A DNA stretch of 64,000 nucleotides from assembly GCA_017645945.1 (NCBI GenBank), contig JAGCNL010000031.1:140615-204614 (forward strand), written 5' to 3'. A program made the translations under genes and the position numbers. The notes under the pieces were generated by a model. It was not told the DNA's origin. It saw only the letters and a program-made list of their open reading frames with translations, and made no database searches. The stretch is from Salinivirgaceae bacterium. GTDB lineage: Bacteria > Bacteroidota > Bacteroidia > Bacteroidales > SZUA-534. Positions 19,962 to 28,212 of the stretch are shown one piece after another (position 1 is the first letter of the stretch; the number at the start of each line of letters is the position of its first letter).

Positions 19962-20196
19962 TAATTAACTGATTGATACCTGTTTTGATTTCATTCGGAC
20001 ATGATTGAAAATCAGGGGTAAGTTTATATTCATCCCATACGATTACAAATGAGTCGAACGCCTTTATCGACTCCTCGTATGTTATTAATGATTTAAGGGA
20101 TTCTGATAATTCCATAGATTGGAAAGAATAATCCAATCCTTTAATAATCATTATCCATTCTCCTTCTTTATTTTCTTGTTTCCGCAAAATTGTCAT
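19927..20196 (-). CDS. Hypothetical small protein (orphan, AT-rich)
   Basis: 89-aa ATG ORF that overlaps the downstream gene. I recognise no family. Confidence 0.45.
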   Translation of the reverse strand: MTILRKQENKEGEWIMIIKGLDYSFQSMELSESLKSLITYEESIKAFDSFVIVWDEYKLTPDFQSCPNEIKTGINQLINEIKSLENEEE

Positions 20197-20267
20197 AGGC
20201 CAAAGTTAAGAAACTTTTCGCACTATTGCGCAGACGGTGTTGAATGGGAATAGGTTGCGTGCGGGCG

Positions 20268-20314
20268 AAAAAAATCATCCCGATAGTTATCGGGACGATA
20301 GTTTTCGGGATGAT
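20268..20314 (-). terminator. Rho-independent terminator with alternative inner palindrome
   Basis: Stem ATCATCCCGA/TCGGGATGAT (20274-20283 / 20305-20314), then about six to seven U on the minus strand (20273-20268). The inner palindrome CCCGATAGTTATCGGG (20279-20294) offers an alternative fold. Confidence 0.6.
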
Positions 20315-20326
20315 AGTTATCAGTAA
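20282..20326. repeat. Three tandem 15-bp direct repeats, GATAGTT(A/T)TCGGGA(C/T)
   Basis: GATAGTTATCGGGAC, GATAGTTTTCGGGAT and GATAGTTATCAGTAA run head to tail. Confidence 0.8.
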
Positions 20327-20343
20327 GTCAATAAATCTGCCAA

Positions 20344-21213
20344 TCAGTTTTTCGCCTCGCGGATGGTGGTGTTAATCATTCGAACCTCGGTCAGGTGGCC
20401 GCCCATCCAAACACTCCAATACAAGCCGCGTCGGCCGTTTCCGCCGTCAAAATCAATCATATATCGGAGGTCGCCCAGGCGGCAGTCGAACGATTGCTCG
20501 CCGATTTTCTTTAAGATGATTTGCCTTCCGCGACAGACGTTCTCGTTGATGTCGGCGCTCGAGCAGATTTTGCCAATGCCCCAGTTGTCCATCGGCTTAA
20601 CAATGCCGCTGTCAACGTGAATCATCAGGCCGTCAACAAAATAGTTGAACGATACGAGCGCGTCGTCGCTGTAGCCTTTGAATTCCGATGCGTCGATATA
20701 GCCGTCGCGGCTCTTCAACTCTCGCTCTCGGCCATATTTTGTTGCTTGGCGGAACGATGCGCTTTTCACAACAAGTTCGCACGGGCGCTTGCTCATTACG
20801 TAGGCTTCAAGCACGTGCGATTTCCCGACAGAATCCAATTTGGCACGCAGGGTTGTCTGCCCGTCGATAATCGGGGCGGAAGTGTTTGTTACAATGTCAG
20901 ATGTTGTGTATCTGATATTTAGGAATAATGTGGTAGTGTCGGTGGATATGTTGTCAACAGTTACAACCAGTTGGTCGTAGGCGCTGAAATCGGCCGCTGG
21001 TCTGATGCTGTCGTCGCCAAACCACCATCCGCAGCCAGCCCAGTTTTCTTTGTAGTGCATACAATGCTTTTCATGGTCATATTCACCGTACCAGGTCAGA
21101 TTAACCTCGTTGGGGTCAAGTTCGAATTTTGCTTTGTCAGGAACGCTGCAGGCAACGGCAACCACGGCCATCGCCAACAGCGATATTTTGCTGATAATCT
21201 TATCTATATACAT
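20344..21213 (-). CDS. Hypothetical lipoprotein
   Basis: The track ORF reaches 21297. The internal ATG 21213-21211 gives MYIDKIISKISLLAMAVVAVACS (lipobox). I recognise no family. Confidence 0.65.
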   Translation of the reverse strand: MYIDKIISKISLLAMAVVAVACSVPDKAKFELDPNEVNLTWYGEYDHEKHCMHYKENWAGCGWWFGDDSIRPAADFSAYDQLVVTVDNISTDTTTLFLNIRYTTSDIVTNTSAPIIDGQTTLRAKLDSVGKSHVLEAYVMSKRPCELVVKSASFRQATKYGRERELKSRDGYIDASEFKGYSDDALVSFNYFVDGLMIHVDSGIVKPMDNWGIGKICSSADINENVCRGRQIILKKIGEQSFDCRLGDLRYMIDFDGGNGRRGLYWSVWMGGHLTEVRMINTTIREAKN

Positions 21214-21719
21214 TTTATTGTTATCTGAATTTGTGCTCACAATCATTTTGCCTTTCGTTGTTATTCGCAGATATTCTAAATTGCTGTCAACCAACATTTT
21301 TTCTCACCCTCCCTGGCTTCTTGTCTTACAGATTGTTGCGTTCGCATTGCTGCGAGAAAGTTGCCGTTTCCAGTGAGCATTTTTCTTTTGCAAAGAAATC
21401 AATAAATCGGTTCACCGCCGTCTTTTTAGTAAAAAACATCGTGTGGGCGGTTGATGGCAGGCCATTTATTGGCGGAACTCAATCGCCATGGAAGGATGAA
21501 AATTGACAAAGAGAGATAGAGAAAAGACCAAGGTGATAGAATTGCAGCGCAGAATAATTATTTTTGTATGACTTTTGCTCGGCAAAACAACCGGGCCGAT
21601 TGGTGCAAATTTGAAATATGGATATTATATAACATTGTCGAAATTCGAATAGCAAAAGCAATTACGAGCCATCGATGACAAACATCCAACATCTGTAAAA
21701 ACCACAAAAAGAGCCAAAT

Positions 21720-23321
21720 ATGGAACGAATCAGGACAAAATTATTGTTTGCAACATGCCTGCTGGCAATGGCTGGTTGCATAAAAGATGACGTTGAAATC
21801 GACGAGTTTAAGTACACGCGCATGCCGAATCTTGCCGCGCCTGTCTTCTACGCCAACGTTGACTACAACGGCATTTTCAAACATCTGGCAAAAAACAAGC
21901 CTCAAAACAATGCCAAAGTCGAGTTCGACAACGACGGGCTTATCTACCTGACATACAAGAAGAACTACGAGGTCTCGTGGAACTCGGTTGCCGACATCAA
22001 CAATATACATTGGTCGGTCAACCAGTTATTCCCGACAGTCGAAGGCAAGGAAGTTTCGCACAACATATCGGACAGAATAACGATGAATGCCGACAGCAGC
22101 CAACGGTTCGACACTATAATAATTTCGAAATCGACCATGACCGTGAAAGCTCAAAAAATGGATGTTGACGGCGACGGAACAATGATTTTCTCCGAGATGA
22201 CAAAAGACGGCAAAGCGCTGGAAGTCAAATGGAAACTCAATGAAGGAACTGAACAGACCATCGACGTTTCCGGCTACAAAATCGTTCCCGGACATTCATC
22301 GGAAACGAGCTATATGACTACAAATATTGTATTGGAAGGAACTGCCACGGCCACTTCAACAACATCGTACCTGAATATTGAAATGACGATGACAGAAATT
22401 GTTCCGCAAGTTCTTTTCGGATACTTCGGCACCAAAGACGCCCTCAACCGCAAGTCAATCATGGATATCAGCTTCTTCCAAAGCCACGAATTTCCTGACG
22501 AAATTGAATTCAACGGCGCGTTCATCAATCTGGATGTCAACAACTGGACAGGCACCCCGTTCAACCTGAAAATGGACGACAGGTTCATTGTCAAAAGCAA
22601 CAAAGATTCTTTGCCAGTCAGCCTGTTGAAAGACAGCGCATTATACATCGAGCAGATTAATTACACCGATTACCGCGCCGACGGGAAATATGCACCGAAG
22701 CACAACTATTTCCTGATTGACACTACCAACTCAAACCTCAACGCCATACTGAACTGCTCGCCGAACAGTTACGACTACATTCTGCAAATCACAACCAATC
22801 CGCACGGAGAGCAATCAGAGAACTTCCTGACCGAAGAATCAAAGCTCCAGGCCGATGTCCAGCTTTATATTCCGTTCTGGCTGAAAATCACCAATTTGAC
22901 ACGCGAAGACACCATCGATTTCGACCTGAACAGCATCATTCTCGATGCCGACAACGCAAAATATGTTGACGCCATATCACTCTATTTCGATTTCGACAAT
23001 GGCTTCCCGATAACTCTGTGGTCGCAAGCCTACCTTGTTGACGAGAAAAACACTATTGTCGACTCGTTGTTCAACGGCCGCGAGCAATTATGGAACACTC
23101 CGAAATTAGACCAGAACAAGCGAGTGTCGAAATGGGCCGCAACCCACAGCCAAGTCACAATGGACAACAAGAAAATTGTGGACTGCTCGAAAAAAGACGT
23201 GAAGAAAATAATACTCCACACCGGAATATCAACAACCAGCGCCCCGGACCAATATCTGAAATTCTATAAGGAGTACGGGCTGACAATGAATCTATCGTTC
23301 GAAGTATTAAGCAAAAAGTAA
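21720..23321 (+). CDS. Hypothetical lipoprotein
   Basis: MERIRTKLLFATCLLAMAGC lipobox. 533 aa. The stop overlaps the next start (TAATG). Confidence 0.7.
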   Translation: MERIRTKLLFATCLLAMAGCIKDDVEIDEFKYTRMPNLAAPVFYANVDYNGIFKHLAKNKPQNNAKVEFDNDGLIYLTYKKNYEVSWNSVADINNIHWSVNQLFPTVEGKEVSHNISDRITMNADSSQRFDTIIISKSTMTVKAQKMDVDGDGTMIFSEMTKDGKALEVKWKLNEGTEQTIDVSGYKIVPGHSSETSYMTTNIVLEGTATATSTTSYLNIEMTMTEIVPQVLFGYFGTKDALNRKSIMDISFFQSHEFPDEIEFNGAFINLDVNNWTGTPFNLKMDDRFIVKSNKDSLPVSLLKDSALYIEQINYTDYRADGKYAPKHNYFLIDTTNSNLNAILNCSPNSYDYILQITTNPHGEQSENFLTEESKLQADVQLYIPFWLKITNLTREDTIDFDLNSIILDADNAKYVDAISLYFDFDNGFPITLWSQAYLVDEKNTIVDSLFNGREQLWNTPKLDQNKRVSKWAATHSQVTMDNKKIVDCSKKDVKKIILHTGISTTSAPDQYLKFYKEYGLTMNLSFEVLSKK

Positions 23322-24763
23322 TGGATATGAAAAGATATATAGCACCCCTTCTGATTGCGTTGCTGGCCGTAAATGCCACCGCGCAGACATCGTTGTCGCT
23401 CTACCACATGGAGGTTGTTCCGCAATCGTCGATGCTGAATCCGGGACGAGCACCGCGCTGCAATGTTTTTGTAGGCATGCCAAGCGCAAACATATCGTTC
23501 CGCGGCGAGACGAACATAAAACTGTCGCAAATGTTCCAAAAGGTGGACGGCGAATGGAAGTTTCTTACCGAAAATGATTTCGACTACACCGACATCAACC
23601 GCCGCCTCAAAAAAGGCGCCCGGGCCAACACACAGATGAACCTCGGGCTGATTAATGTCGGATGGCGGCAAGCAGAGAACTATTGGTCGGTGAATTGGAA
23701 TTTCCGCATCAGCTCCGGAGCATCGATGCCCAAAGCATTCATAACCATGCTCGACAAAGGTCTCCCCGACGGCACACGCCTCAATTTCAGCAGAATGCGT
23801 TTCAACATGATTTCATACCACGAACTGTCGTTAGGCTACACCCGCGCTCTCGACGAGCAACTGACCATAGGCGGTCGGCTGAAATACCTGTCGGGTGTTT
23901 TTGGGGCAAAAACCAAATTCAGCAAGTTCGATGTGACCACAGGCCGCGATCAGTGGGCATTCGACGTTGACGGCGAGGCCAACCTCTCGTTCCCTCTGAA
24001 GATGAACCCCGATAAAAACGGAGCCATCGCAGTCGACTCAATCGAATGGAAGGAAATGAGCGCCTTGGAAATCGTCGGGCGCACACTTATCGGATTCCAC
24101 AATCCTGGTGCAGCCATCGACCTTGGCGCCGAATACAAAATCGATGAGAATTTCAAGGTTTCGGCATCTGTCACCGACCTTGGGTTCATTATATGGTCGA
24201 AAGACGCGAACAAACTCAGCGCAAAGAACCAATACGAATACAACGGCTTCGAAGTTGAGTTCAACGATTTCTTCGACGGCATCAACCTATCCGACAGATT
24301 CAGTGATGTGGTTGATTCTGTGAAAAATGCGTTTTCATCGCACACAACCACCAAGACTTTTGCAACCGGAGTGCACCCCAACATCTATCTCGGCGGCGAG
24401 TTCACTCCTTACCAGTTTATGAGCGTCGGACTCGTGTCGCGGACAACCTTCTGGGGAAATGGCGTCACGCAGAATTTCAATCTCACGCTCAACATGAAGC
24501 CCTACTCGTTCGTTTCGGTGATGAGCGGATACACGGTCGACATAAAAGGCTGTATAACAGGCGACTTCGGATTCTCAATCAACATGGGGCCGCTGCAATA
24601 CTATCTGATGCTCGATGGCCTTCCACTTGTTCAACGCCGCATGACATTTGAAGGCGAAAAAATTGTGATGCCATACAATTTATGCGATATGAGCGTCAAC
24701 ACAGGCTTTAATATTATTATAGGTGCTAAAGGTCCGAAGCCAAACCATAATTCAAAATATTAA
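23321..24763 (+). CDS. Putative outer-membrane beta-barrel protein (possibly DUF5723-like)
   Basis: Signal MKRYIAPLLIALLAVNATAQ. SLYHMEVVPQSSMLNPG resembles the N-terminal motif of PorP/SprF-like or DUF5723 barrels, from memory only. The sequence has an alternating beta-strand-like pattern. Confidence 0.55.
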   Translation: MDMKRYIAPLLIALLAVNATAQTSLSLYHMEVVPQSSMLNPGRAPRCNVFVGMPSANISFRGETNIKLSQMFQKVDGEWKFLTENDFDYTDINRRLKKGARANTQMNLGLINVGWRQAENYWSVNWNFRISSGASMPKAFITMLDKGLPDGTRLNFSRMRFNMISYHELSLGYTRALDEQLTIGGRLKYLSGVFGAKTKFSKFDVTTGRDQWAFDVDGEANLSFPLKMNPDKNGAIAVDSIEWKEMSALEIVGRTLIGFHNPGAAIDLGAEYKIDENFKVSASVTDLGFIIWSKDANKLSAKNQYEYNGFEVEFNDFFDGINLSDRFSDVVDSVKNAFSSHTTTKTFATGVHPNIYLGGEFTPYQFMSVGLVSRTTFWGNGVTQNFNLTLNMKPYSFVSVMSGYTVDIKGCITGDFGFSINMGPLQYYLMLDGLPLVQRRMTFEGEKIVMPYNLCDMSVNTGFNIIIGAKGPKPNHNSKY

Positions 24764-24799
24764 TAAGCAAATATTTAGCAAACCATTCAGATAATAAAC

Positions 24800-24831
24800 A
24801 AGCCCCGATTCAATAAACTGAATCGGGGCTT
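24800..24831. terminator. Hairpin between convergent genes
   Basis: 13-bp perfect stem AAGCCCCGATTCA/TGAATCGGGGCTT with a 6-nt loop. U-tracts are weak on both strands. Confidence 0.55.
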
Positions 24832-24864
24832 GCCGTTCTATCCTATCGTCAATTAGTCAATCCA

Positions 24865-27471
24865 TCACTTTTTGTTTACAATATCTTTCAGCGCCGAGCC
24901 AAAGATGATGTACTGCGTATTTCCTGCGATTGTACCCTCGTTCTGTCCCCAGAGGAACGGCCAGTCATCGAAATTCTCAAAGTGGTCAGGACGGCGGAAA
25001 AGCAAGCCTGGAGCCACATTGCCAGGAATGGCCGAGAAGTCGGCGCGGTTGTTACCGTAGAAGACCGCCTTCGGACGGGTTGCCCCCACAACAGCCACAA
25101 ACGAATAGTTGTGATACGGATGGCAGCCGTAGAGCCAGTTGGCCGTGCGGAACACATCGTCACGCTTTATGATGTCTGGGAAATAGCGGTGGGCGAAGCA
25201 AACTGTGGTGCCAAAGTTGATGGTGGCATTGCCTCCTGCCCAGTTGCCAAGTCCGATTGGAACTCCGTAAGGATTGTCTTTTGACAAGCTGTCGATGTAG
25301 GCTGCGTACTTCTCAACGTACGGACGCAGTTTGTTCTTATAGTTGTCGTCCATGTAAGGGATGGCGTCGAGAGCTGTCTGAATGGTATAGGTCACGCCAA
25401 AGTCGAGGGCTGGCCAAATCTGCTTCTCAAAATTGTCGCGATACTGCTGCTCGCCCGTTGCGGCATAGAGTTGCAGATTAGTGCCGAGGTCGCTGCGGTT
25501 GTTGCGGGCATTCTGCTGGCGGCGACGATTGTTATTCTGGTTGGTGTTACCATCGCCGGCACCTGTCAGCCAGTCGGCATCAGCCTGAGCCTGTGCATCC
25601 GGGCGCGGACCACGACGTTGGTTCATCAACTCTGTTGCCTCCTGCATCAGTCTTTTCGACTGAGTGAGAGCACGTTGCGCAAGGTCATCGTTGTAACCCT
25701 TCAGAGCACGGCTTGCGGCAGCAAACATGGTTGCGGCTTGGAAATCGAGCTGCGGATTGCGGGTTGTGAAGGCCCACATGTCGTCAGGCGTGCCGCTGCT
25801 CTTGCCGTCAGCCGACACCTCGTAAGGCTTCAGCGACGGGTCGTAATGCAAACCATCGGTAATGCTGGCTGCATCACCCAAATGGTGGTAATTATCAAGT
25901 ACAGAGTTAGATAGCGTCGATGCCATGTGTCCAATCTGCTCGGCTTGAGCCACAAGGTTCAGCACGCCGTGCTCAATGAACTGCAGCACGTCTGGCGTGC
26001 CGTCAGGACGGTGGAGGTCAACATAGCGCTGCTCCTGGCTGACGAAAGTCTCGTCGCGCTGCGGCTTGAAAAGTTCCCAAGTACGGATGAAATTCTGCAC
26101 AACGTTGATGTTTGAGCCAGTCTCAATGTCGAAATCGCCTGCATCGAAGAATCCGCCGACGTTCAGCCCAGGAATCAACTCAAGCGGTTTGTACTTGGTG
26201 TCGGTTGTTTGTCCTTGGCGGTGAAGGTCGAAGTGGTCGCTGGGCGGTGCCTGCAAATAACCCTCACGGAACGGCTCGCCATGCCAAGTGCGGTAACCTT
26301 CGGTCACGTACATGTGGTTCATGTGGATTGGCACCCAAACGTCGGTTGTGGCATCGGTGATGCGGTCGTAAACATGGCTGTCAATCAGGAAATCGTTGGT
26401 GCGCGTATCGCCATATTTTATATAGTATACGCCAGGCTCAGTGACTTTCGAGAAGTCGAACTTGACATAATTGTATTTAAAATATTCGCCCCACGGCTTG
26501 ATGTCAGCGCTGAAAGCCTCAACTGTGGTGCCATCGGTATTGATGCGCATGAGCGATGCCTTCGGAAGCGGTTTGTCTGCCTTATCAAGCTCAATGACAG
26601 CCACTTTCGGTTGGTCAGGAATGTAACCCACCTGTGAGAAACCGATGTTCGGCTGACGAATCCAACCAGCAATGGCGTTCGGCTCCACAGTCCAGGTTAT
26701 CACCTTGCCAGTCTTGTTTTTCGGCAGTGCGCTGTGCAGAACAAACCAACCATTTTGCGCAATCATGCGGCCGTCGTAAAGCTCTAGGTCGGCGTCGTTG
26801 CAGCTGATGGTAATCATGCGCTCGGGGTCGTCAGTGGCCATGGTAATCTGGTGGCCTTTCTCCATTGGCAGAGGGTCGACAAAGCGGTCGGTTCCGCGGT
26901 CATCGTAGGTCTTGAAGCCCTTGAACTGGCGCGGTTTCTCGCTGTTCGGCCGCGTGATGGTCTGGCTGGTGGCGTATCGCGGGAAACGATTGAGCCGTCC
27001 GTCCATGACAAATGTTTTCAGCCAGTACTGCGACGGCAGAAACTCGAGATTGAAGCCTGCGTCAGTAAGTGTCTCTGGAACTGGTTTGTCGAGCCAAACA
27101 GCAATCTCAACGGCCTTGCCTTTGGCAGTCACCACCACACGGCTGTCGAAATCATAATCGTCGTAGCGCATGGCCACTTCGATGGAGCCATTGGCGCGGT
27201 CAACCTTGCGGTTGGTCATTTTCGGCACCAAATCCCACTGCTCAGGCGTTTTGTTCAACCTGACGGCGCCGCCTTGAATCGTACGCACACCATGATGGAT
27301 AATCTCGATACCGGAGTTCTTCTCGTCATTGAATCCGCCATTGAAACTATTGCTGAAAACCAGCACGTTGACACCTTGCCGCTCAAAATATTCGCGGTCG
27401 TTCAGTTGCAAATTCTGGGCAAAACCCGCCGTGGCGGTCATCAGAATCGCAATTGCAATCATCTTCCTCAT
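24865..27471 (-). CDS. Glycoside hydrolase family 9-like enzyme
   Basis: Signal peptide. IGFSQVGYIPDQPKVAVIE (GH9 N-terminal Ig-like domain pattern), GGFFDAGDFDIE (DAGD block) and WGQNEGTIAGNTQYI (NE block). Confidence 0.6.
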   Translation of the reverse strand: MRKMIAIAILMTATAGFAQNLQLNDREYFERQGVNVLVFSNSFNGGFNDEKNSGIEIIHHGVRTIQGGAVRLNKTPEQWDLVPKMTNRKVDRANGSIEVAMRYDDYDFDSRVVVTAKGKAVEIAVWLDKPVPETLTDAGFNLEFLPSQYWLKTFVMDGRLNRFPRYATSQTITRPNSEKPRQFKGFKTYDDRGTDRFVDPLPMEKGHQITMATDDPERMITISCNDADLELYDGRMIAQNGWFVLHSALPKNKTGKVITWTVEPNAIAGWIRQPNIGFSQVGYIPDQPKVAVIELDKADKPLPKASLMRINTDGTTVEAFSADIKPWGEYFKYNYVKFDFSKVTEPGVYYIKYGDTRTNDFLIDSHVYDRITDATTDVWVPIHMNHMYVTEGYRTWHGEPFREGYLQAPPSDHFDLHRQGQTTDTKYKPLELIPGLNVGGFFDAGDFDIETGSNINVVQNFIRTWELFKPQRDETFVSQEQRYVDLHRPDGTPDVLQFIEHGVLNLVAQAEQIGHMASTLSNSVLDNYHHLGDAASITDGLHYDPSLKPYEVSADGKSSGTPDDMWAFTTRNPQLDFQAATMFAAASRALKGYNDDLAQRALTQSKRLMQEATELMNQRRGPRPDAQAQADADWLTGAGDGNTNQNNNRRRQQNARNNRSDLGTNLQLYAATGEQQYRDNFEKQIWPALDFGVTYTIQTALDAIPYMDDNYKNKLRPYVEKYAAYIDSLSKDNPYGVPIGLGNWAGGNATINFGTTVCFAHRYFPDIIKRDDVFRTANWLYGCHPYHNYSFVAVVGATRPKAVFYGNNRADFSAIPGNVAPGLLFRRPDHFENFDDWPFLWGQNEGTIAGNTQYIIFGSALKDIVNKK

Positions 27472-27914
27472 AATCTGACAATTGTTATTTGTTTAAAAAA
27501 TAGCAGGTTCCCTTTCGCCTCATCGGACTCCATCGCCAATTTTGCCCGATTTCCCCCAAAAAGATAGTCCGAAACAGAACACAACATTGAATTCACGGGT
27601 AAAAGATAGGTTGTTTTTTTGATTTCGGCGGCAAAACAACCAACATAATCGACTATCTGAGTGCTGCGGCTGACAAATCGGGCGAACCATCGGACAACCA
27701 ACACGGGCATCTCCGCCCAAACGGCGGCCTAAAATTCGACCATTTATCTATAAATTAGCGCGATTCATCTTTGCCAAGGCAGCACAACACGCTGATTCAG
27801 CGCAAAATATCAACCACAAGTTCCACACAGCCCGATTCGACGGAAAAACTAACAGCGCACATTCACCCTCGGCCAATTTGTAAAAAAAAGAAGCATAACA
27901 AATAGAAAAATAAC

Positions 27915-27922
27915 TATATTTG
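27915..27922 (+). promoter_or_regulatory. -7 promoter motif TATATTTG
   Basis: Exact TAnnTTTG, 291 nt upstream of ATG 28213. This implies a long leader. Confidence 0.3.
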
Positions 27923-27986
27923 CTTTTATTTTAAAGGAAAAGGAACATTACAACAATGTTGTATTTGGCTGACAATCAACAATTTA

Positions 27987-27995
27987 CCCCCCCCC
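27987..27995 (+). repeat. C9 homopolymer tract
   Basis: Nine consecutive C. They lie between complementary arms 27968-27984 and 28025-28047 (GCTGACAA/TTGTCAGC and CAACAATT/AATTGTTG). Confidence 0.9.
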
Positions 27996-28212
27996 TATTT
28001 TGGACAATCCAGAATCGGGCGAATAATTGTTGCAGCCATTTGTCAGCAACCTTTAAAGGCGATCAGGCTATATGTCTGTACCGCCTTTTGTGCGTTTGCA
28101 CCAATCCATTCAACATCAAAGATTTACACACATATTCTGCCGCAACATTGACGGATTCCTCTGCTTGCGGCGGAAATTATTTAATCAATAGAATCCATAA
28201 AAAGAACAAACT

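Noticed and set aside
20201-20208. TAACTTTG motif as the promoter of the 89-aa gene.
   Set aside because: It lies only 5 nt from the ATG at 20196, too close for the usual -7 spacing unless the mRNA is leaderless. I did not list it as a feature.
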